A stretch of 40,920 nt of DNA from Candidatus Eiseniibacteriota bacterium (GCA_020052115.1 JAGVPR010000103.1:1-40920); one strand, 5' to 3'; positions 1 through 8,000 are shown, numbered from the stretch's first letter. The notes: generated from the letters alone by a model not told the origin. Numbers and translations are program-made.

Positions 1-223
1 CCCGGCCGAGCGTCGTGCAGCGCCGCGTCTCGGCGCTCACATTGGCGGCGAACCCCCGCGAGGAGATGGAGACGACGGTCAGGCAGACCCCGCTCACCGC
101 GATCGAGGCTCCGGGACCCAGATCCGCCATCACCGCGCGGGCCTGGATCTCGAGGTCCGCGCCGCCCTCGCGGGCGACGACCGAGACGATCTCCCCGACC
201 TCTTCGACGATCCCCGTGAACAC
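1..223 (-). CDS. ribE: riboflavin synthase (alpha chain), N-terminal part; gene continues past the left edge
   Basis: Absent from the ORF track because there is no stop in the window. The reverse complement of 223..1 reads GTG-TTC-ACG-GGG-ATC-GTC-GAA... = (M)FTGIVEEVGEIVSVVAREGGADLEIQARAVMADLGPGASIAVSGVCLTVVSISSRGFAANVSAETRR... This is the canonical MFTGIVE...G.SIAV.GVCLTV N-terminus of riboflavin synthase. The GTG sits 4 nt after the ribD stop (TGAcggcGTG). Confidence 0.8.
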   Translation of the reverse strand, partial: MFTGIVEEVGEIVSVVAREGGADLEIQARAVMADLGPGASIAVSGVCLTVVSISSRGFAANVSAETRRCTTLGR

Positions 224-227
224 GCCG

Positions 228-1373
228 TCATCCCCCCGCCGTTTCCGCCGCAGGCCACGTGCCGGAGATCAGCACGTCATCGCCGAAACGCGATACCTCG
301 ACCTGCTCGAGGCGCGGCGCTTCGGACGGATCGCCCAGGCCGAGAGCGCCGGCCCAGGCCAGCCCATCATCACCAAGGACGATCGGGGCCACGAACAGGC
401 GCAGCCGGTCCACGAGCCGCTCGCGAAGCAGCGCCGCCGCCACTCCCGCTCCACCCTCGGCAAGCACCCGGTTCATCCCTTCCGCCCCGCAGCGCTCGAG
501 GAGCGCACCGAGCGACACCCGCCCCGCCGTGTCGGAGGGCAGTCTCCATACGCTCACCCCGAGGGACGCGAGCCGGGAAGCCGCCTCCTCAGACCCCGCG
601 CCGCTTGTCGCCACGATCGTCTCCGCCGCGCCGTCCGTCCACAGGCGCCGATCGAGCGGCAGCGCCAGTCTCGTCGAGACCACGATTCGCCGCGGGCTCC
701 AGCCGCTTTCTTGGCGCGAAGCGGGCGCCGGATCCTCCGCGCGCGCCGTGAGCAGCGGATCGTCCGTTCGAAGCGTCCCCGCTCCCACGAGCACCGCGGA
801 AGCCGCCGCGCGCCAGGCATGGACTGCCGCGCGAGATCCTTCGCTCGAGATCCAGCGCGAGCCGCCTCCCGCCGTGGCCAAACGCCCGTCGAGACTCACG
901 GCCAGCTTCAGCTCGACGAAAGGCCGGCCGGTCGTGACGTGCTTCAGGTACGCCTCGTTGAGACGCCGGGCCGGCTCCTCGAGAAGGCCGACATCCACCA
1001 GCACTCCGTTCGAGCGCAGCCGGTCCATGCCGCCGCCCGCGACCCCGCGGTTCGGATCGTGGACCGCGCACACCACGCGGCCGACGCCGGCGCGGAGAAT
1101 CGCTTCGGTGCAGGGCGGGGTCTTGCCGAGATGGTTGCAGGGTTCGAGAGAGACATACAGTGCCGCGCCGCGCGCTCTTTCCCCGGCTTCGTCGAGGGCA
1201 GCGACCTCCGCGTGGGCGCCGCCGAAGTGGGCGTGGAATCCGCGGCCGACGACCTCGCCGTCACGGACCACGACCGCGCCGACCAGAGGGTTCGGGCTCA
1301 CCCGGCCGCTTCCCTTGGCCGCCAGGCCCAGCGCCTCGACCATGAAGCGCTCCTCTTCGCGCCGGCTTGTCAT
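228..1373 (-). CDS. ribD: bifunctional diaminohydroxyphosphoribosylaminopyrimidine deaminase / 5-amino-6-(5-phosphoribosylamino)uracil reductase
   Basis: ORF 228..1517 (-). The deaminase half has SPNPLVGAVVV...HAEVAAL...SLEPCNHLGKTPPC. The reductase half has ELKLAVSLDGRLA...VGAGTLRTDDPLLTAR. The start was moved to ATG 1373 (MTSRREEERFMVEALGLA...) because codons 1374-1517 overlap the riboswitch terminator and aptamer. ATG 1343 is an alternative start. Confidence 0.9.
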   Translation of the reverse strand: MTSRREEERFMVEALGLAAKGSGRVSPNPLVGAVVVRDGEVVGRGFHAHFGGAHAEVAALDEAGERARGAALYVSLEPCNHLGKTPPCTEAILRAGVGRVVCAVHDPNRGVAGGGMDRLRSNGVLVDVGLLEEPARRLNEAYLKHVTTGRPFVELKLAVSLDGRLATAGGGSRWISSEGSRAAVHAWRAAASAVLVGAGTLRTDDPLLTARAEDPAPASRQESGWSPRRIVVSTRLALPLDRRLWTDGAAETIVATSGAGSEEAASRLASLGVSVWRLPSDTAGRVSLGALLERCGAEGMNRVLAEGGAGVAAALLRERLVDRLRLFVAPIVLGDDGLAWAGALGLGDPSEAPRLEQVEVSRFGDDVLISGTWPAAETAGG

Positions 1374-1404
1374 CCACTCCACGACGCACCTCGCGCCGCC
1401 CAGC

Positions 1405-1446
1405 AAAAAACCCCGAGGCCGTAATTCACTGACTCGGCCGTCGGGG
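1405..1446 (-). terminator. intrinsic terminator, the expression platform of the FMN riboswitch
   Basis: Minus-strand RNA CCCCGAcGGCCG-agucagugaauua-CGGCCUCGGGG forms 11 bp with one bulge. It is followed directly by UUUUUU (1410-1405), about 30 nt upstream of the ribD ATG and about 25 nt downstream of the aptamer. Confidence 0.7.
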
Positions 1447-1470
1447 CGCAAGGGCACACAGCGAGCTCGG

Positions 1471-1598
1471 CTCTCCTTCTCCCATCCAGACTTTGACTGT
1501 CGGCTCCGTGATTTCAACGGATCGGCCCGTTCTCGCCGAACGGGGTCGCGGGCTATGACCGCCGGTGGGGACTTGCACCCCGCCCCGAAGGATGTCCG
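1471..1598 (-). promoter_or_regulatory. FMN (RFN-element) riboswitch aptamer
   Basis: Minus-strand RNA CAUCCUUCGGGGCGGGGUGCAAGUCCCCACCGGCGGUCAUAGCCCGCGACCCCGUUCGGCGAGAACGGGCCGAUCCGUUGAAAUCACGGAGCCGACAGUCAAAGUCUGGAUGGGAGAAGGAGAG. It carries the conserved FMN-aptamer blocks CUUCGGGGC.GGGUG.AA.UCCC.ACCGGCGGU, AGCCCGCGA, GCCGACAGU.AAAGUCUGGAUGGGAGAAGG. P1 pairs CCUUC with GAAGG. It lies directly 5' of ribD. Confidence 0.9.
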
Positions 1599-1607
1599 TT
1601 CCGAGGC

Positions 1608-1637
1608 AGTGTATCAGTGGGCTACGTCGGGTGTCAA
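1608..1637 (-). promoter_or_regulatory. sigma-70-type promoter for the riboswitch-ribDE transcript
   Basis: Minus strand: TTGACA (1637-1632), 18 nt, TACACT (1613-1608). The predicted +1 is near 1601, immediately before the aptamer. It lies just after the stop of the upstream gene (1655). Confidence 0.5.
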
Positions 1638-1654
1638 CGCGGCGCGCTACGGGG

Positions 1655-2014
1655 TTAGGCGCGCCCGGCCACGCGATCGAGGTACTCCCCCACCACACGG
1701 AGAGCGTCCTCGCGGTCTTCTTCGGCGACGAGGATGTCGCCCCAGTAGCCCCTCGCGAACTTCATGAGGTTGTCGTACCAGGGGATCTGGATCGAACGGG
1801 CCCACGACGTGATGCCCGCGCCCTCGAGAACGTACTTCACCGCGATCGCTGCGATCTCATCCGGGGCCCGGTAGACGTTCGCGAGCGGCCTCCACGGCGG
1901 CATCGCCTCGGGCTCCGGCTCGAATGAGGTCCCGCACTCCGGGCAGGCATCCAGCCTTTCCTCGTGCCGGCGCCCGCACTCCGGACAGATCCGCATCGCC
2001 ATCTCCTCCTGCAT
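1655..2014 (-). CDS. zinc-ribbon plus DUF2007-like (putative signal-transducing) small protein
   Basis: ORF 1655..2128 (-). The likely start is ATG 2014 (MQEEMAMRICPECGRRHEERLDACPECG = CxxC...CxxC ribbon). The C-terminal half (YRAPDEIAAIAVKYVLEGAGITS...GDILVAEEDREDALRVV) has the DUF2007 pattern. The upstream 38 codons are Arg/Ala-rich and unlikely to be coding. Confidence 0.65.
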   Translation of the reverse strand: MQEEMAMRICPECGRRHEERLDACPECGTSFEPEPEAMPPWRPLANVYRAPDEIAAIAVKYVLEGAGITSWARSIQIPWYDNLMKFARGYWGDILVAEEDREDALRVVGEYLDRVAGRA

Positions 2015-2085
2015 GGGGGTCCCGCCTGGCCGCGCATTCGTACAAAAGCTAGCACGCCTTCCTGACCCTCGCAAGGCCGCCCCCG

Positions 2086-2115
2086 TTGACACGCACGCGC
2101 TCACGCGGGCAAGAT
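2086..2115 (+). promoter_or_regulatory. candidate sigma-70 promoter for the YkgJ-like gene
   Basis: TTGACA (2086-2091), 18 nt, CAAGAT (2110-2115). The -10 overlaps the first ATG of the ORF-track model (2114), which favours the ATG at 2144 as the start. Confidence 0.35.
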
Positions 2116-2143
2116 GCGGGATGAACAACCCAGGGAGGAGATC

Positions 2144-2605
2144 ATGGAGCTTCCGGTGCTGAACGCCTGCGCTCGCTGCACCGCACTCTGCTGCCGCTAC
2201 GTGGCCGTGGAGATTGACGAGCCGGAGGACGACAGGGACTACGACAACATCCGCTGGTACGTCTCACATGAGAACATCCAGGTCTACCAGGACGACGAGG
2301 GCGGATGGTACATCCAGTTCTTCACACGCTGCCGCCACCTCGGCCGCGAGAACGAATGCACCATCCATCCGAACCACTACCAGATTTGCAAGGACTACAA
2401 GATGCGCGAGTGCGAGTTCACGCTCGGCCAGGGAGGCGAGAAGCGCCTCTTCCGCCTTCCCGAGGACGTTGACCGCTACCTCGCCCTGCAGAGCGCCCGG
2501 CGCGAAGCCCGGGCCGCGCCCCCCCGCGCCTCCTCCCGAAACGGGAAGGGCCGGCCGTCGCGAAACGGCCGGCCGCATCGGCGGCAGAAGACGGGCGCGC
2601 GCTAG
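2144..2605 (+). CDS. YkgJ/UPF0153-family cysteine-cluster (CxxCxxCC-type) protein with an Arg-rich C-terminal tail
   Basis: ORF 2114..2605 (+). MELPVLNACARCTALCCRYV...FTRCRHLGRENECTIHPNHYQICKDY matches the family pattern C..C..CC ... C.fL....C.I(Y/H)..(R/H)P..C(R/K). GGGAGGAG lies 3-5 nt before ATG 2144. ATG 2114 is the alternative start. Confidence 0.7.
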   Translation: MELPVLNACARCTALCCRYVAVEIDEPEDDRDYDNIRWYVSHENIQVYQDDEGGWYIQFFTRCRHLGRENECTIHPNHYQICKDYKMRECEFTLGQGGEKRLFRLPEDVDRYLALQSARREARAAPPRASSRNGKGRPSRNGRPHRRQKTGAR

Positions 2606-2994
2606 GGCGGCGACCAGAGGTGCGCCACGGGATCAATCAAACAGTCCACGTCCGACGGAAGGCCCTGCGTCACGGTGATGTCATAATCCGTGAAGATGCC
2701 GTCGTTACTGAGAGGGCACTCGCTCATCCGCGCCGACATCATGCCCGCGGCCACGAAGAAGCCGCTGTTCACGATGCCGTCGGGCATCGGGTTCTCCATG
2801 CAGTAAACCGTCGTCCACGTGAAGATGTTTTTCTGATTCACGCGGCACCCCCCGAGCCTGGCGTCATCTTCAGCGCGCAGGAAGTTCGGCAGCGCGATAG
2901 CGGCGAGGATTCCGATGATGACGATCACGATCATCATCTCGATGAGCGTGAAGCCGTCCTGGCGGCGTCCGGCGTGTCGTCTCTCGTCTAGCAT
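2602..2994 (-). CDS. type IV pilin / pseudopilin-like protein (prepilin-type N-terminal cleavage/methylation domain)
   Basis: MLDERRHAGRRQDG|FTLIEMMIVIVIIGILAAIALPNF is the classic G/FTLIE prepilin-peptidase site plus a hydrophobic alpha1 helix. The globular part contains four Cys. AAGGAG lies 8 nt before the ATG. No other pil/gsp genes are in the window. Confidence 0.85.
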   Translation of the reverse strand: MLDERRHAGRRQDGFTLIEMMIVIVIIGILAAIALPNFLRAEDDARLGGCRVNQKNIFTWTTVYCMENPMPDGIVNSGFFVAAGMMSARMSECPLSNDGIFTDYDITVTQGLPSDVDCLIDPVAHLWSPP

Positions 2995-3039
2995 CGCTTC
3001 GCTCCTTCGGCATCAAGCGCTGACCCGCCGCCTACTTGG

Positions 3040-3054
3040 GCATAGAGCGTGCCA
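3040..3054 (-). promoter_or_regulatory. sigma-54 (-24/-12) type promoter upstream of the pilin gene
   Basis: Minus strand TGGCACGCTCTATGC (3054->3040) compared with the consensus TGGCACG-N4-TTGC: 7/7 in the -24 box, 3/4 in the -12 box, and correct GG-to-GC spacing. The -12 element is 46 nt upstream of ATG 2994. Confidence 0.5.
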
Positions 3055-3250
3055 CTCGATGTCGCCACCGCGGCCCTTCGCGCGCGGGTGCGCTGCCGCC
3101 TAAACTAATACACCGTAGTCACTTGCGGTACTGGCGACGCTGCGCCCCCGGAGTCCCGCCGTGGCCCCCCCGTGCCGAATGCAACCCCGTTGCGAAGAGC
3201 ACGCCCCCAGCGATCCTACGCCGGAGAGAACCGCTCACCGGCACTCGGAC

Positions 3251-3289
3251 AAAAAGAAAGCAGGGCCCCGCGCCTTCGCGAGGCCCTGC
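3251..3289 (-). terminator. rho-independent terminator closing the giant-gene / barrel-OmpA transcription unit
   Basis: Minus-strand RNA GCAGGGCCUCGCG-AAGG-CGCGGGGCCCUGC forms a 13-bp stem including one G.U pair. It is followed by UUUCUUUUU, 42 nt after the stop at 3332. Confidence 0.8.
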
Positions 3290-3331
3290 CCTTCCTGTCG
3301 GAGATGGAAACCCGCGGGCTGCCTACCGCGG

Positions 3332-4954
3332 CTACTGCTTCAACACCTGGTGGAACTCGATACGCCGGTTCCGGGCCCGACCGAGTTCGGTGTCGTTAGT
3401 GTCAATCGGCTTCGACTCCCCAAAAGTCTTCGGAATGAGCCGATCTGTCTCCACACCCTTGTTGACCAGGTACTGCTTCACCGCCTCGGCGCGCTTCATC
3501 CCGAGCGACTGATTCGCGTCATCCGAACCCACGCCGTCGGTGTGGCCATGAATCTCCACCTGAACTTCCGGATTCTCCCGCATGAGGCGGGCAACCTCCT
3601 CGAGCACAGGAATCGGGTCCGCGCCGACGATCTCGGCCGTCCCGAACTTGAAGTTGATCCACGCCATCGGGAAGTAGAGCGGCGCCTCATCCGGGCAGCC
3701 GTCGGTGTCCTGATAGTTGTTGAACGTCTCCTTGCTGTTCGGGCACTTGTCGTCGGCGTCCAGGATGCCGTCCTGATCGTTGTCCACTTCAGGGCAACCA
3801 TCATCGTCCTGGTAGCCGTCGAAGTCCTCGGCCTGGTTCGGGCACTTGTCCTTGGAGTCAGCTATCCCGTCGCCGTCATTGTCCGACTCCGGGCAGCCGT
3901 CCGTGTCCTCGTACCCGTCGAAGTCCTCGGCCTGGTCCGGGCACTTGTCCATGTCGTCGGCAATGCCGTCCAGATCGCGGTCGTTCACCTTCCGCGCCGA
4001 CCCGCCACCGACCCACTCCTCGCGCCCGAAGGCGACGCCGAGGGAGATGCGGTGGCTCTCATCGAGGAAGTCCTCCGGCTCGATGAGGTAGGCGTAGTCC
4101 AGGTCCACCATCCGGAAGCGGAAACCGACGCCGCCCGAGAAGCGGCCTTCGTCCAACCCCAGGCGCGGACCCGCGCTGAAGTTGTCCGCGAGCGGCATGA
4201 AGTACTCGCCGCCGGCGTGGAAGATGTAATCCTCGTCATCGCGCATCTTCTCGATGTCGAAGGCGAGGGTCAGGCCATCCACCGGAAGCACGCCGATGCC
4301 CACGCGCAGGTTCGACGGGACGGTGTTCGTCCCGTCGTCGCTGCTGCCCGTCTTCGTCGCGATGTCCTGGATCGCCACACCCAGCTTCAGGTAGTCCGTC
4401 AACCTGGCCGACACGCCCAGGTCGAGGCCATAGCCCGTGTAGCCGTCGTCCTTGATGTTCTCAGCCCCGTTCTTTGTGAACAGGAGCTTTCCCGTCGCGC
4501 CCACGGAGACCATCTCGAAGTTCCGCGCGTAGGACAGGAGCACCGCGTTGTCGTTGTAATCGAAATTGCTCGTCGGCGCGCCGACGTCGTCCGCACCGGG
4601 AATGTCGGAAACCCCCGAGTTGATCCACCCGAGGCCCAACGTTCCCCAGTCCCACATGTGAGAGACCGCAAAATAGTTGTGCTTGCGGTCAACGTTCATC
4701 CCGGCTGCCATCGTCGCATGCAGCTGGGTGCCCGTCGCGTATCCGAGCCCCGCGGGATTCCAGACGTTCGCCGTCACGTCGTTCGCAACGCCGACGAATG
4801 CCCCGCCCATCGCGAGCGCGCGGGCGCCGACTCCCATGCGGAGATACGGATTGGCGTCGTTGCTCGTGCTCGTCGCGGATGCGAGCGAGGGCAGGATCAG
4901 CGCCCCCACGGCGATCGCCACGATCACGGAAGGCCACCATCTCCGACCGTGCAT
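3332..4954 (-). CDS. outer-membrane protein: PorV/PorQ-like beta-barrel fused to three thrombospondin type-3 (TSP3) repeats and an OmpA-like peptidoglycan-binding domain
   Basis: Signal peptide MHGRRWWPSVIVAIAVGALILPSLASA. The barrel has the N-terminal hallmark YLRMGVGARALAMGGAFVGVANDVTANVWNPAGLGY (nt 4745-4837). There are 3x DxDxDGIxDxxDKCPxxxEdFdGYqDxDGCP (nt about 3689-3985). The OmpA_C domain is NFKFGTAEI...VEIHGHTDGVGSDDANQSLGMKRAEAVKQYL...GRARNRRIEF (nt about 3341-3667). AAGGAGG precedes the ATG. Confidence 0.85.
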   Translation of the reverse strand: MHGRRWWPSVIVAIAVGALILPSLASATSTSNDANPYLRMGVGARALAMGGAFVGVANDVTANVWNPAGLGYATGTQLHATMAAGMNVDRKHNYFAVSHMWDWGTLGLGWINSGVSDIPGADDVGAPTSNFDYNDNAVLLSYARNFEMVSVGATGKLLFTKNGAENIKDDGYTGYGLDLGVSARLTDYLKLGVAIQDIATKTGSSDDGTNTVPSNLRVGIGVLPVDGLTLAFDIEKMRDDEDYIFHAGGEYFMPLADNFSAGPRLGLDEGRFSGGVGFRFRMVDLDYAYLIEPEDFLDESHRISLGVAFGREEWVGGGSARKVNDRDLDGIADDMDKCPDQAEDFDGYEDTDGCPESDNDGDGIADSKDKCPNQAEDFDGYQDDDGCPEVDNDQDGILDADDKCPNSKETFNNYQDTDGCPDEAPLYFPMAWINFKFGTAEIVGADPIPVLEEVARLMRENPEVQVEIHGHTDGVGSDDANQSLGMKRAEAVKQYLVNKGVETDRLIPKTFGESKPIDTNDTELGRARNRRIEFHQVLKQ

Positions 4955-4988
4955 CTCTTCACCCTCCTTGGCGGGTTGTCCACTGGCG

Positions 4989-5041
4989 CCACCTCGGCAG
5001 CTGAGGTGGGGTCTGGGGGCGGGGCCCGGAGCCCCGCCCCC
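4989..5041 (-). other. two GC-rich intercistronic hairpins between the giant gene and the barrel-OmpA gene
   Basis: Hairpin 1 spans 5015-5041: GGGGGCGGGGC-loop5-GCCCCGCCCCC, 11 bp, starting 12 nt after the stop. Hairpin 2 spans 4989-5009: CCACCUC-loop7-GAGGUGG, 7 bp. No U-tract follows either one. Confidence 0.4.
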
Positions 5042-5052
5042 CGTGGCGCCTA

Positions 5053-8000
5053 CTAATCTCTCCAGATGACGACCTTGAGATTGACGTTCTGCGTCCGCGT
5101 GCCGTCCGTCACCGTCAAGCGCGCAATGTAGACGCCGTTCGCCAAATCACCGCCGTCGTCCGTCTCGCCGGCCCAAAGCATGTCCACCGGACCCGCCGCG
5201 TGAGTGATGCGGCTGGCCAGTGTAACGACCTTGTCGCCTGCGAAGTCGTAGACCTCGAGCGATACATCGGCCTGCCGGCCGAGCGTGAACGTGAAGTGAG
5301 CCGTTCCCTCACCCTCCGCCGAATTCGGATTGAACGGGTTCGGGTAGACCTTCGGAGCGAACACCTCGAGGTTGTCCGTGCAGACCATGAAGTCGAACGG
5401 AACCTCGAAGCGGTTGCCCAGGCGATCCACACCGCTCACCGTTCCGGAGTACGTCCCGAACGAGAGCGGATCGGCGGCCGTAGCCGCCACCGTGACCGTG
5501 AGCGTGCCCTGGTTGTACGTGGGCGGCGCAACGGTCACTTCGCCTTCCGGACCCTGCAGCGCAACCCGGAGGCTTGTCGCGTCCACACCCGCTCCGATGT
5601 CAGCAACCCGGAAGGTGAGGACCACGTTGTCCACCGGGCTCACACAGGCGCCGGTCTTCGGAGCCAGCAACTGGACCGTCGGAGCCGAGCGATCCACGAT
5701 GAACCGCTGCTCGACGTACGGCGATCCGGCGTTGCCGACCTCGTCACGCCAGCCCTGCAGGTAGATGTGCATCTCCTGGCTCTCCCCGTCGAAGAACAGG
5801 CCGTCGCAGAGAAGCACCGGCTCGCTGCCCACCCACAGCGTGTCGAGCTGATCGCAGCCGAAGCCCCAACCGTCGGAGTTCTGCTCGATCTCCTTCACGC
5901 TGTAGAGAGTGACCTCGAGAACGTCGCGGTCATCAATGGCACCGCCGCCAACGATCGGCATGCTCACGAGCAGCGTATCGCTGGGCGAGTACTCCTCGAG
6001 GGACGGGCTCAGGTACGGGACGAGCTCGTCGGCCGTGCCCTGGTGCAGCAGCACGCGCTCTTCGATCTCATCCACGTCGTTCTGGTCATCTTCCCAATCC
6101 ACGAGCCACAGGTCGTACTTCAGGCCCTCATCCCAGTAGGTCGAGATCGGATCCTGAGTCTGCTCTTCGCGGACGTGGATCCCCGCCTCGCCATCGAAAG
6201 CCTGCGCCTGGAGCATCGTGTGCGGGTTCGTCAGGAAGCTCGTCGGTCCGATGTAGCCGGCGATGTTCCTCAGCAGCGGATCGGAGACGAACCCACCGCG
6301 GAACGCCACGGTGGGAGCCTTGCGATCCACCCCGAACGACGCGAACGGGGTCGCCGGGTCGAGATCAACCCAGGTATCCGTCTCGTATGTCCGGAACCGG
6401 ATGTTCAGCGTGTGCTGCCCAGCCGCGAGGTAATCCACCGAGCGGTCGGAGTGCTTGTAGGTGAGTTCGTACATCGTGCCGTCGTTGTTGACCTGCTCGA
6501 CGTCGAAATCACCGTTGCCGAGAACGTAGCCCGTACCGCTAGCCGCGACGATGCGGTTGTCGATCCAGACTTCGATCTCTTCGTCGTCAATGCCTTCACC
6601 GCTGTAGTCGTTCAGGTATGCGAGGATCTTCGGATCGCGATCCGTGAACCCGTTCGACCACGGATGGAAGTTGTACACGTACACCGGAGCGTTCGCCGTC
6701 GGCACGAAGAGCGACCAGATGTGGCCGACATCCTCGTCCGAATCACCGAAGATCTCCGCGTCCAGCGAAGCCGCCCGGAACGTCACCAGGTTGTTCAGCG
6801 TGTCCACGGAAACGTGCGTGACCGCGACGGCGCTCCAGTACTCGTCGTCGTAGTCGTTGCCGCTCTGATCGAGCCACCTCGGCATGATCAGCTGCTCGTT
6901 CCCCTGGAGACCGAGAGCTTCGAGTTCCTCGTCGGTGTAGCTCATCGTGACCAGGGCGTTGTAGCCCAGGTCGAAGGCGCCGCCGCCGGAGGTCCACTCG
7001 ATGTCGTAGACGTTGCCGAAGCGGGTCACGTACAGACCCTGATCGTAAGAGACAGTCGGCGCCTCCGTCGGCGCCAGGAGCAGGCACCCTGCCACGCCGC
7101 AGCCGCTCGGGATGTAGACCGACAGACCGTCGATCGAAACCACCCCGTTCGTGCCGAGCGCGTCGGTCACCTGGTAGCTGGCGATGAGCGTCTCCTGCAT
7201 CTCGATGTCCACCGTGTCCGGCGTCGCCGGGCTGAGGATGTCGTTAGCCCTCTCCGCCAGCGCCGTGACGCTGATGTTCATCTCGCCGCAGTTCGCGATC
7301 CCCGAGAGGTTCAGCACGCCCGTCCACGTCACATCGCTGTCCACCATCTTCGTGAAGTCAACGATCTGCTCGGTCGTGTTCCCGTCGAGGTCCTCGGACA
7401 CGGCGATCGCCTTCGGCATCTCGCTCGGGTCGGCGGTCGCCACCTTCAGGACCACGTTGCCCTGGCTCGGAGCGCTCAGGTCAACGCTGGTGATCCTGTT
7501 GAAGTCGAGCACCGCCACGAGCTTCTTCGACTGATCCGGATTCATGACCAGGTCCGCAACCAGGACCGGCGCGTTCACGTCGTCCCGGTTCCCATCGGAG
7601 TCCTTCGCAAGCGCGCGGATCCGCATCCGCTCCACAACGCTCGCGTCGAAGGCCGAGAGGTTGAACTTGGCCATCCAGAGATTGTCCTTCGGGAACTGGT
7701 CGGCGATGACCTCGCTCCCGATCCCGATGTTGATCCAGCCGAGCCCGTCCGGATCCGTGCCGGCCGCCGGCCAGGTGGCGTTGACGATGTCGTACTGGAA
7801 CTGCACCTCGGTGATCTCATCGTCGCTGTAGGTGAGCGCATACACCGTGGATTCGGTGTTCGGCTCGTCGCCGTGCGGGATGACGTCGGGGTCGAACCCG
7901 GCGATCCGCGCGATCGGCGGCGTCTTGTCAATCACGTTCACCTGGACGATCTTCGAGATCGCCATGTTGCAGGCCGTGTCGTATGCCAGGACCCGCAGGT

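Noticed and set aside
1374-1517. 48-codon N-terminal extension of ribD (track start 1517)
   Set aside because: It overlaps the FMN-riboswitch terminator hairpin and the 3' part of the aptamer. RibD homology begins only at MTSRREEERFMVEAL (ATG 1373).
15-1767. Plus-strand ORFs 15..1424 (469 aa) and 259..1767 (502 aa)
   Set aside because: They are antisense to ribE, ribD and the riboswitch. They are Arg/Pro/Ser/Ala-rich with no recognisable motifs, which is typical of shadow ORFs in high-GC DNA.
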